Assembly (NCBI GenBank): GCA_000989955.1
Contig: LBTE01000002.1
Coordinates: 85,326 to 149,325 of the forward strand
DNA: 64,000 nucleotides
Direction: 5' to 3'
DNA from: a candidate division TM6 bacterium GW2011_GWF2_37_49
GTDB taxonomy: Bacteria; Babelota; Babeliae; Babelales; RVW-14
Shown: piece after piece, positions 54,353 to 62,612 of the stretch
Position numbering within the stretch: the stretch's first letter is position 1
Layout of the letters: each line of letters starts with the position of its first letter
Notes under the pieces: generated by a model
Seen by the model: the letters and a program-made list of their open reading frames with translations, nothing else
Told to the model about the DNA's origin: nothing
Databases searched by the model: none
Program-made: the position numbers and the translations under genes

Positions 54353-55489
54353 TCAAATCTGATCATTCAATATTTTTTCTCGATAATCGTTCATCAATCG
54401 AACTAAAAAATGAAGATTGTGAATTGTGGCAAGCGAGTATGCCGTCAATTCATGAGCTCTGAATAGGTGATGCAAATATGCGAGTGTGTAGTGCTTGCAT
54501 GTAAAGCATTTACAGCAATCTTCGATTGGCCCAAGTTTTTGACTGTTGCCGCTTTTAAATACGCGCATACCGCCGGTTTTGGTAAACAATAAACCGTGTC
54601 TGGCAGCTTTGGTTGGATGAGAGCAGTCAAACGTATCAATGCCTTGCGGAATAATTTCGTTGATCGAGTTTAGATCTCCGATTCCAAGCAGGTGGTTTGG
54701 TTTATTCTCTGGCAGTTGCGGCATCAAATATTTTAATAGTTCAAACATTTGTTCTTTTGTTTTTCCCAGGCTTCCACCGATACCGTACCCGTCAAAGTCT
54801 AGACCTGAAAGATATTGACAACTCTCTTTGCGCATGTCTTGATCTAGTCCTCCGTGTATAACGGCGTAAATAGCCTGCTGTCCATGGTTTGATTTATGTT
54901 CATCAAGTGAGCGCTTTTCCCAGCGATGAGTGCGAGCCAATGATTTTTTTAGATCTTGCATCGAGGTATGATAAGGTGGTAGTTCGTCAAAGCTGACGAT
55001 GATGTCTGCTCCGATGCTTTTTTGTGCTTGAATAGAAGATTCTGGGGTCAGCAAAATTTTGGCTCCATCGCGGTAAGAGCGGAATGTAACGCCATCTTCA
55101 GTTATTTTAAGAATGCTGTTGTTGTGTTTCTTTGTTCCCCGGCTTTTAAGCTCATCGTGTACGCCTCCGTACATTAAACTGAATACCTGGAAGCCTCCAG
55201 AGTCAGTGATGATCGGGGTTTGGCGGTTCATAAATTTGTGTATTCCACCTGCACTCTTTATCAGTTCTGAGCCTGGCTGCAAAATTAGGTGGTAGGTGTT
55301 GCAAAAAATTAGCTGAACGCCTATCTCTTCGATGGTTTTGCTGTCCAGTGCTTTAATTACCCCGTTTGTGCCGACTGCTACAAAGTTTGGTGTGTCTATT
55401 GTGCCGTGTGGTGTGTGGATTTTGCCTACGCGAGCTCTGGATTTGTTTGATTTATGAATGACTTCAAATTTAAAAAATTTATTATTCAT
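54353..55489 (-). CDS. tgt: Queuine tRNA-ribosyltransferase
   Basis: ARVGKIHTPHGTIDTPNFVAVGTNG, TDSGGFQVFS, zinc site CCKCFTCKHYTLAYLHHL. Confidence 0.95.
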   Translation of the reverse strand: MNNKFFKFEVIHKSNKSRARVGKIHTPHGTIDTPNFVAVGTNGVIKALDSKTIEEIGVQLIFCNTYHLILQPGSELIKSAGGIHKFMNRQTPIITDSGGFQVFSLMYGGVHDELKSRGTKKHNNSILKITEDGVTFRSYRDGAKILLTPESSIQAQKSIGADIIVSFDELPPYHTSMQDLKKSLARTHRWEKRSLDEHKSNHGQQAIYAVIHGGLDQDMRKESCQYLSGLDFDGYGIGGSLGKTKEQMFELLKYLMPQLPENKPNHLLGIGDLNSINEIIPQGIDTFDCSHPTKAARHGLLFTKTGGMRVFKSGNSQKLGPIEDCCKCFTCKHYTLAYLHHLFRAHELTAYSLATIHNLHFLVRLMNDYREKILNDQI

Positions 55490-55503
55490 GTTTATTCGAT
55501 GTA

Positions 55504-56232
55504 TTAATTTTGGCCTGGTTTTATGAATGCTTTTGCAAGTTTAGTAAACGGTGCAAAAAGCGCAATGACAATAATTTTTATTGCGAAGCTCATGATTATA
55601 ACGTTCCAAACAGAGCCCACAACGCCGTACAAGGCCAAAAAAGTAAACAGTACAGTATCTAGAAACTGGCTGCAGATCATGGAAGCGGCTGAGCGAGCTG
55701 CTGGGAATTTATCGTTAAAAAAGCGTTTTAAAAAGCCAAACAGCATGGCATCAAATGTTTGAGTCACCAAATAAACAAAAACTGATGCGATTGTAATTCT
55801 TGGCATCAGGTGTAGGATTTGAATGAAGTGTGGCTGCATTGTGTCGAATTGATTTGGGATATAAATCAGGTGAATCTGGCTTAAAATCAGGTATGAGAGT
55901 ACGGTGAAAAAACTTATAACGATCGCTTTTTTGGTTATGGTCTTACCGTAATACTCTTGCAATAAATTTAGACACAAAATTGCCCCTACGACAAACGCAT
56001 CGCTGCATGTGACGCTTAACCCTAGCAGCGTTATTTGCTTGGTTACAAAGAGATTTGAGAGTACTCCTTGCGTGGCTATTGCCGCCACCAATGCGCTGGG
56101 TCCAATCGCAAGTGCCGCTAGGCAGAACGCTGCAATTAAAATTATGTGGATCAGAAAAATTAGTTCATTAAACACGGCTTTTTTTCTGTTTTGGCTATTT
56201 TTATTTTCGGTGTTAATGACTTGCGTCAACAA
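55504..56232 (-). CDS. Queuosine-precursor transporter (YhhQ/DUF165 family)
   Basis: 6 TM. QFLDTVLFTFLALYGV motif. Sits immediately upstream of tgt on the same strand. Confidence 0.7.
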   Translation of the reverse strand: MLTQVINTENKNSQNRKKAVFNELIFLIHIILIAAFCLAALAIGPSALVAAIATQGVLSNLFVTKQITLLGLSVTCSDAFVVGAILCLNLLQEYYGKTITKKAIVISFFTVLSYLILSQIHLIYIPNQFDTMQPHFIQILHLMPRITIASVFVYLVTQTFDAMLFGFLKRFFNDKFPAARSAASMICSQFLDTVLFTFLALYGVVGSVWNVIIMSFAIKIIVIALFAPFTKLAKAFIKPGQN

Positions 56233-58315
56233 GTTGCGATGAGAATCCTACCAGATCCTCTGTGCTATGCCCTTGCTCAATCAGTGCCTTATACGCATCG
56301 TTTATAATTTTGGGATCAAATTCGCCTTGCATCAGTTTTATTGCAATGCTTTGGTTTGACATGCCTGGCATAATTTTGAATGGGCTCTTGATGTTTCCAT
56401 CCGCATCTACATCGACCCAAACTTTGTAGTTTTTAAAGTATCCATTGGTTAAAGACTCAAGTTGTTTCATCTTACCAAAATGTGTTGCAAATAAACACAT
56501 GCATTGTTGCATATCTACAAGATTTTTAGATATAGCAAAGGCTGCCGCCTCACCCTCTGCTGGATTTGTGCTAGAAAACATTTCGTCCATGATCACAAAG
56601 TTAAAGAGTTTAAATTCACCAGATTGCTGACCCAGGGTTAGGTTCTTTGTTCCATTCAAAAAATCTCTAACACGATTTTTTTCAGCTTTGAATAAAGATT
56701 CACCCCTGAGAGCATCGTCCGCAACGTTTAAGTGACTTCCAATTTTTGTAAATGGTGTGACAACAAACTTTGATGCGAAGGCAATTCCAAATACATGAGA
56801 GAAAATAATGCTGCACATTATTCCTTTGAGGGATACCGATTTACCTGCAGCATTTGGTCCGGTTAATATCATGTTATGACCAACAGCATCAGTTCCAAGC
56901 TCTAGATCATTGGTTACAATTTCTTCAGGTTTTAGCACAAGGTCTAACATCGGATACCAAAAATCTTTGGCGTATAAATATGGAACATCGGATTGTTTGA
57001 ATTCTGTGAAGCATATCTTGGCGTTTGGACGTGCTGCATATTTTTTGTAAAGCCTTGCTATACCCATGTATGCATCAAGTTGACCTAGTACAACTAACGC
57101 ATCTCCCAGCTCCTCGTGAACTTCTTGTAATTTTTTAAAACACCAGAGAACGCGCCCCTTATCAGAAAAGAAAGATGGTTTTTCTTTAAATGAACCTGAT
57201 TTAAGTTTTTGTAATAAGGTAGTTAGTGTTTCTGAAGCAGAACCGCCGGCTACGGTTTTTTGCAGGATTGCTCCGCGAGGAAAGAGAGCTTTGATTTTTT
57301 TATCTTCGCAAGTTAACTGTCCAAGTTTATCAAGTGCGAATGCGAAATTTGCAGAACCATACGCATATTTAGAGCAATGTCTCTCAGATGTTACAATTTG
57401 GTTATAAGTTGGAAAGCCAGTAAATACATCCATAGCGAGTTGTAGTAGTAGAAATGCGGCTATCATAACACCAGAACTTTTTAAAAATATTTTAACGTTT
57501 CCGGTTTTATTGAGTATATGAAGCGCTGTGACTGGTGCAATGACTGCATATAATAAGTACGGAAAAAGGTACCACCTTGCGCCAAGGCCAAGCATGGTTT
57601 CGCTTCTGTTAAAGTTTTCAAACTTTTGCCAATAAGCGCCCATTGCCGAGTTTTTCTCAAAAGCACTCAACCCCTTATTGAACCATAGAAGATATTGGCT
57701 GTTTGCTTTTATGACATCGAGTTGTTTTTCGATCTGGTTGAATAACTTTTCGTTTTCAACCAGATACTTTACAATCTCTTGTCTGCGCTTTATGGTTGTT
57801 ATGTGTGATGTTAGATCTTTATATTTTCTGGTAAACATTGATTGCCAGTAAACCTTGCCAAAGCATGTTTGAGTCTGGTCAGTAACCTTAGCAATATGCA
57901 TATCAATTGAATTTTTACTATTACCACAGAATACTTCCAGATCCCCAAAGACCTCTTTGTTAAAAAGAGATTCCCCAAGGTTTTGTGCACTATTTTTATC
58001 GACTTTTGAAAACAAATTATAACAAAGTCTAAGCATTTCAATTTGACCCAATGTTGGTATATTGCAAAATTTTATGGGAATTCCTAAAGTTTCAGCAAAT
58101 CCATTTTTTAATGCCGCCTGTTCCGCATTTGCCCTGAGTTTCCTAGCTTCTTCAATTTCTTTGTTTTCCGCATCTGTAAGTGATGGTAAATGTAACAATG
58201 CAGCTACATTGTATGGATCTGTAACATTTTCAGTTACAGCTGTTTGTGTAATAGCTGTTATGCTGGACGATGCAATCAGGAAATAAAAAATAAAAATAAT
58301 ATTACTTTTTTTCAT
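56213..58315 (-). CDS. Membrane-associated MutS-domain-V ATPase (MutS-related, no mismatch-binding domain seen)
   Basis: Signal peptide MKKSNIIFIFYFLIASSSITA. Central TM helices (WYLFPYLLYAVIAPVTALHIL, GVMIAAFLLLQLAMDVF). C-terminus ILTGPNAAGKSVSLKGI ... ADDALRGESLFKAEKNRV ... FVIMDEMFSSTNPAEGEAAAFAISKNL ... LFATHF. Confidence 0.7.
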   Translation of the reverse strand: MKKSNIIFIFYFLIASSSITAITQTAVTENVTDPYNVAALLHLPSLTDAENKEIEEARKLRANAEQAALKNGFAETLGIPIKFCNIPTLGQIEMLRLCYNLFSKVDKNSAQNLGESLFNKEVFGDLEVFCGNSKNSIDMHIAKVTDQTQTCFGKVYWQSMFTRKYKDLTSHITTIKRRQEIVKYLVENEKLFNQIEKQLDVIKANSQYLLWFNKGLSAFEKNSAMGAYWQKFENFNRSETMLGLGARWYLFPYLLYAVIAPVTALHILNKTGNVKIFLKSSGVMIAAFLLLQLAMDVFTGFPTYNQIVTSERHCSKYAYGSANFAFALDKLGQLTCEDKKIKALFPRGAILQKTVAGGSASETLTTLLQKLKSGSFKEKPSFFSDKGRVLWCFKKLQEVHEELGDALVVLGQLDAYMGIARLYKKYAARPNAKICFTEFKQSDVPYLYAKDFWYPMLDLVLKPEEIVTNDLELGTDAVGHNMILTGPNAAGKSVSLKGIMCSIIFSHVFGIAFASKFVVTPFTKIGSHLNVADDALRGESLFKAEKNRVRDFLNGTKNLTLGQQSGEFKLFNFVIMDEMFSSTNPAEGEAAAFAISKNLVDMQQCMCLFATHFGKMKQLESLTNGYFKNYKVWVDVDADGNIKSPFKIMPGMSNQSIAIKLMQGEFDPKIINDAYKALIEQGHSTEDLVGFSSQLVDASH

Positions 58316-58332
58316 AAAAGAACCTTGACTTA

Positions 58333-59364
58333 TTAGTTTTGTGGAACAACTTCAATCTCGTCTAAAACATCATTTGATTTATCCATAACGGATACGTTGA
58401 AATATTTTTCATAGGTTTTTGTTGATTTATAGGCAAGCGCGATAAGTACACTCATCATTATTACAGTTTCAAATATTATTTGGCCTGTGCATTCTGAAGA
58501 AATGTCTGGAATGCAAATTTCTTGATCTTTTCCCTTAAAAATTTGCCCCCATGCTCTAGATCCATCTGCGTGACTAAATGTTGGAAAATATGCGTATAGC
58601 AATGATTCTATTATCGTTTTTATTACAATCGATATAAATACGAGCTGTACGACCATGTCTATTTTTGACTGCTTCTTGTCTAAAAATAAATTTTTATATG
58701 GTGTCAATGCATTTGTAAATCCAAATTTGATAGATTGGGAAAGGTTTTTTGTTTCTTTATGCTTCTGTCTAATTGCATTAGCAAAAAGGACTAAATATCC
58801 AAGAACGAGTGTAGTTGTTCCTCCTGCTAATAAAATTCCAACATTTTTCCATTTATTGTCATTTCCGGCATTGGTAGTGGCACCTGCAAAAAAGGAAAAA
58901 TCATTACTTAAAATGTTTTTTTTGAAGCGCAATCCACACACATTAAAAAAGTTGTCTTCCGATAAAGATGTGCCTTTAAACATATTGTGCCACATATAAA
59001 CTTGCGGATTACTGTTAGAATCAAATATTTTTGCCACAGCTGCGTGACCTAATTCGTGAAGAAGTATGACTATTTCTTGAAAGAATAGGAAAAAACATGG
59101 CAAGAAGAGAATCTTAGCTAGGTCTTTTTTGCTGCATAATTCGGTAATCATTTTTTTTGATTCAGCCTCACTGCCTTCTGGTGTTGGCATCGAGAGAGGA
59201 TAATCAAATTCCGAGTTTTGTACGCATTCTAAATTGCTTTTTTGCTGCGTGCCATAACCTGCATTACTGATGTCAGGCCTACAATAAAACATCGTTGAAA
59301 CTGTGAGTAAAATAAAAAATAGATAATTAACCATTAAACATTCCAATTGTTTAAGCAAAAACAT
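58333..59364 (-). CDS. Polytopic membrane HExxH zinc-metalloprotease-like protein
   Basis: IVILLHELGHAAVAKIF embedded in a TM helix. At least 5 further TM segments. The family (M50-like or other) is not resolved. Confidence 0.5.
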   Translation of the reverse strand: MFLLKQLECLMVNYLFFILLTVSTMFYCRPDISNAGYGTQQKSNLECVQNSEFDYPLSMPTPEGSEAESKKMITELCSKKDLAKILFLPCFFLFFQEIVILLHELGHAAVAKIFDSNSNPQVYMWHNMFKGTSLSEDNFFNVCGLRFKKNILSNDFSFFAGATTNAGNDNKWKNVGILLAGGTTTLVLGYLVLFANAIRQKHKETKNLSQSIKFGFTNALTPYKNLFLDKKQSKIDMVVQLVFISIVIKTIIESLLYAYFPTFSHADGSRAWGQIFKGKDQEICIPDISSECTGQIIFETVIMMSVLIALAYKSTKTYEKYFNVSVMDKSNDVLDEIEVVPQN

Positions 59365-59549
59365 ACCGCCAATGAATAATGAAGAGTTAGAAATATACTG
59401 TAATATACTGGAAGAATCAAACGCCCTGCTGGCCCCAAAAATAGCCTTTTTGCTTAAAAATGAGATTAATTGACAAATCGGACATATTTGGTAGATTGAT
59501 TCTATATTCGATAATTGAATGTTTAAGTATAAATATTTAGGGGGTTATT

Positions 59550-60218
59550 GTGAAAAAGTTGTTTATTCCAGCAATTTTGGCAGCAGGCATGATGTCTTCG
59601 GTTGCGGCAATGGATACAAAAAGCTCTAATGCTGAAATGACTAAAGAACCATTATTTGTGGGACAGTCTTTTTATGGCGATCAGTATAGTTTTCAAACAA
59701 CTTTTGAAAATTTGACAGGTTATAAAACAGAGGAAGACGCGCTATCCGATACAAATGGTAAGCTTATTGGCATAGAATGTAGCGTTGATCTATGTTTTAC
59801 AATGGTTGATGACAATACAGTTAAAAGATTTGCCATTTTAAGAAAAGAATGTCAGGGGCAAGAGTGGTTTGTTCGGGAAGATAGGGGAGAAGGTGTCAAA
59901 GCTGTGCAATTTTCAAATATTTTGCCTTATTCTATCGAAGATGTAGACAATAGCACAATCGGTTGCGACACCGCTTGGATGAAAGGGGCAAATTTAGGAA
60001 TAGAGGGGCAGTTGCGTTTTATTGCTGAAAACCCTACTCATTGGTGGATATATAAATTGCGTATCGCAAGCTTATCTCAAAGTGCGCGTTGGAATGTATA
60101 TATGGCTGAAACCATCACAGAATATTTAAGAGATAAAAAAGATTATTCAAATGCTGATAAAATTGTGCTTTACATTGCTTTTGAATTAGTGCGTCGTGCA
60201 TTCGATTCAAAAAAATAA
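59550..60218 (+). CDS. Exported orphan protein, paralog family B (member 1)
   Basis: Signal MKKLFIPAILAAGMMSSVAAMD. Shares KRFAILRKECQGQEWFV, IYKLRIASL and IAFELV blocks with 61913..62608. Confidence 0.55.
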   Translation: MKKLFIPAILAAGMMSSVAAMDTKSSNAEMTKEPLFVGQSFYGDQYSFQTTFENLTGYKTEEDALSDTNGKLIGIECSVDLCFTMVDDNTVKRFAILRKECQGQEWFVREDRGEGVKAVQFSNILPYSIEDVDNSTIGCDTAWMKGANLGIEGQLRFIAENPTHWWIYKLRIASLSQSARWNVYMAETITEYLRDKKDYSNADKIVLYIAFELVRRAFDSKK

Positions 60219-60246
60219 CACGATCATTATAGATTAAAATTTTATG

Positions 60247-60270
60247 GGGAGGCGAAAGCCTCCCTTTTTT
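60247..60270 (+). terminator. Intrinsic terminator after CDS 59550..60218
   Basis: GGGAGGC-gaaa-GCCTCCC followed by TTTTTT. Confidence 0.8.
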
Positions 60271-60330
60271 ATTGCTTAAAGAATGTTGTTGGTTAATGTA
60301 TGTGGCTGAAAATCATATTCTTGACCCAGT

Positions 60331-61506
60331 TTAATGAGCCATTATTTTATGAATATTTTTCCAGCTAATAACGTTGCCTTTGTTGCGCTCTTGAGCTTCG
60401 TCGCCTGCATAAATAACATAACTCTTCGTGGGGCTTTGTTGGGCAAGGTTGTTCCAGTACGAAAGTCCATCAAAAAAGTCGCTGCCAATCGTCATACTTG
60501 ATTTGATTTCAATCGGCGTTAAATTTGTGCCTTGTTCGATTAAGCAATCAATTTCGGCCCCTGATCGATCACGCCAAAAATACAGTGGCGGGCGTTGTCC
60601 CTGGTTATAAAAGGCTTTGCATAATTCTGATATCACAAAAGATTCAAAAAGTCCCCCGCGCAAATAATGCATTGGAAGCTGTTCGGATGTTATTTTTAAA
60701 AGTGAGCAGGCAAGGCCGGTATCATAAAAATAAAGCTTTGGATGTTTGACCAGTCTTTTGCTGAAGTTTTTGTAGTGCGGATAAAGCGTGAATACGATGT
60801 AGCTGGCTTCTAGTAGGCTAATCCAGGCCTTCGCAGTGTTTACAGCTATTCCGCAATCGTTTGCAAGTGAGGATAAGTTTAGTAATTGGCCTATTCTTCC
60901 AGCACAGAGTTGAACAAAGTTTTGAAACAGCGTCAAATCAGTGACTTGCTTGATATCTCGGATATCGCGTTCTACATAGGTTTGTAAGTAGTTTAGGTAC
61001 CAGCGTTCTGAATCCGTGTTTGGGTTGTATGCCGCTGGATATGAGCCTTTTAACATCACCGAATAAATATTGTCTGGCAGCATGGCTGCGTCTGAAAGTT
61101 CACCGCACGAAAGCGGAAGCAGCGTGTGTAGGCTGATTCGTCCAGCCAGTGTCTGTGTTATCGACTGGTTGACCAAGAAGTTTTGCGATCCGGTTAATAC
61201 AAAATATCCAGGACGCCTGTTTTCATCGACAATGGTCTGAATGTAAGAAAGTATCGATGGAACGTGCTGAAATTCATCTAAAATCATTCCATGCGAGTTT
61301 TCGGATTGATGAAGCTTAAAAAATCCGTTGGGGTCTTCGGTTGCAAACCTCCGAATGTCAGGATTTTCCAGCGTGAGGTATTTATGATTTGGAAATGTTA
61401 GCTTTGCTAGCGTTGTTTTGCCTGACTGCCGTGGGCCTAAAATTGCAAGAACCGGATATTGCTGAGCCATGTTTTTTATGTCATGGGCTAGATAACGTGG
61501 AATCAT
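60331..61506 (-). CDS. AAA ATPase fused to a DUF4143-type PD-(D/E)xK nuclease-like domain
   Basis: Walker A ILGPRQSGKTTLAKL. Walker B-like MILDEFQHVP. C-terminal GAEIDCLIEQGTNLTPIEIKSS (D...ExK). Confidence 0.8.
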   Translation of the reverse strand: MIPRYLAHDIKNMAQQYPVLAILGPRQSGKTTLAKLTFPNHKYLTLENPDIRRFATEDPNGFFKLHQSENSHGMILDEFQHVPSILSYIQTIVDENRRPGYFVLTGSQNFLVNQSITQTLAGRISLHTLLPLSCGELSDAAMLPDNIYSVMLKGSYPAAYNPNTDSERWYLNYLQTYVERDIRDIKQVTDLTLFQNFVQLCAGRIGQLLNLSSLANDCGIAVNTAKAWISLLEASYIVFTLYPHYKNFSKRLVKHPKLYFYDTGLACSLLKITSEQLPMHYLRGGLFESFVISELCKAFYNQGQRPPLYFWRDRSGAEIDCLIEQGTNLTPIEIKSSMTIGSDFFDGLSYWNNLAQQSPTKSYVIYAGDEAQERNKGNVISWKNIHKIMAH

Positions 61507-61580
61507 AACCCTCCTTTCATTTAATTTTTTAAAGATATGATCTTGAAATATACGATCTAATCGGTATTATAACACGCGTC

Positions 61581-61613
61581 CGCCAAATTTGCAATCGCGT
61601 TGCAAATTTGGCG
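61581..61613. repeat. 14-bp perfect inverted repeat at the tail of repeat copy 11
   Basis: CGCCAAATTTGCAA-tcgcg-TTGCAAATTTGGCG. Confidence 0.7.
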
Positions 61614-61636
61614 AAATTGTTTGCGCCTTATGTTTA

Positions 61637-61783
61637 GCCAATGCCAGTTTTTGCAGTTTTTTCCAAACTAATCCGGCAAGCCGCACCCAATCAACACTGG
61701 TAGGCCGCATTCAAAAAAATGTTAATATCTTGGTAAGCTTCATGTATTGCTGGCTAAGTGAATCAATGTCTAATGTATAACCC
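61637..61783 (-). repeat. Dispersed intergenic repeat family, copy 11 (reverse)
   Basis: Reverse complement reads GGGTTATACATTAGAC ... TTTTTTTGAATGCGGCCTACCAGTGTTGATTGGGTGCGGCTTGCCGGATTAG ... GAAAAAACTGCAAAAACTGGC. Confidence 0.85.
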
Positions 61784-61912
61784 TATTAATAATGCTTTTG
61801 ACTCGCTTTAATTTTTAAAAAAAATCATCAAAATTGTTTTATGGGTTATATTTTTGATAGATTAACCCAAGTTGATGTCTAATATTTTAGCCTGATTGTG
61901 AGAGGGGATTTT

Positions 61913-62608
61913 ATGAAAAATTTATTGAATTGGGCCATGATGGTACTTGTTTTGAATGCATCTGTTGTTGCGATGGAGTCGGTACAAACCGAAAGATTGG
62001 ATGCTGGATGTCAGTCTATCGTTGTTTTGCCTGGTTTAATGAGCTTAAATCCTTTATTTGGATATGATGCTAGTAATGAGGGTCCTTTGTGTAAAAAACA
62101 ACTTGTACAAATCGGAATGGTTGCAACTTGCAAATATCAAGGAATGGATCGACGATTTGTATTTTGTCGAAAAGCATGTAAAAAAAAGTCATGGTTTGTC
62201 GTTGTAAATTCGTCTAGTTCATGTGATTTAAAAGGTGAATTGTTCGATCCATCGCAATCATCTGAACAGCTAGCGCTTGAGGATGTTATATCTGGACATC
62301 AAGTAATTGATACTCTCGATGATGTAAACGTTGAGTCTCGCATGACGTTTGTTCTAGATTTATTGGACATTTACGTCTATAAATTAATAATATCTATTTT
62401 GGCTCCAAAAGATGTTTGGCTTTATGAGTGGGCTGAAATGGTTGCTGTTAATCTTTTACAAAAGCTTAAGTCTTCGAGTTATTACCAAAATGCGGCTGCT
62501 TACAATATCGCAGCTCGTATTGCATTCGATTTAGTTTACAAATTGAATGCAAGCATGGATGCGTTTTTTAGCAATTTAGATTTTCAAGTACAAGCATTGC
62601 ATAGCTAA
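61913..62608 (+). CDS. Exported orphan protein, paralog family B (member 2)
   Basis: Signal MKNLLNWAMMVLVLNASVVAME. RRFVFCRKACKKKSWFV, VYKLIISIL, IAFDLV. Confidence 0.55.
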   Translation: MKNLLNWAMMVLVLNASVVAMESVQTERLDAGCQSIVVLPGLMSLNPLFGYDASNEGPLCKKQLVQIGMVATCKYQGMDRRFVFCRKACKKKSWFVVVNSSSSCDLKGELFDPSQSSEQLALEDVISGHQVIDTLDDVNVESRMTFVLDLLDIYVYKLIISILAPKDVWLYEWAEMVAVNLLQKLKSSSYYQNAAAYNIAARIAFDLVYKLNASMDAFFSNLDFQVQALHS

Positions 62609-62612
62609 ACAG

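Noticed and set aside
1205-61783. Could the dispersed repeats be a degenerate CRISPR array or MITEs with terminal inverted repeats?
   Set aside because: Copies are kilobases apart, about 150 nt long, in both orientations and separated by genes, so they do not form an array. No cas genes are present. The 5' (ATACAT) and 3' (TGCAAAAA) ends are not inverted complements, and I could not see consistent target-site duplications.
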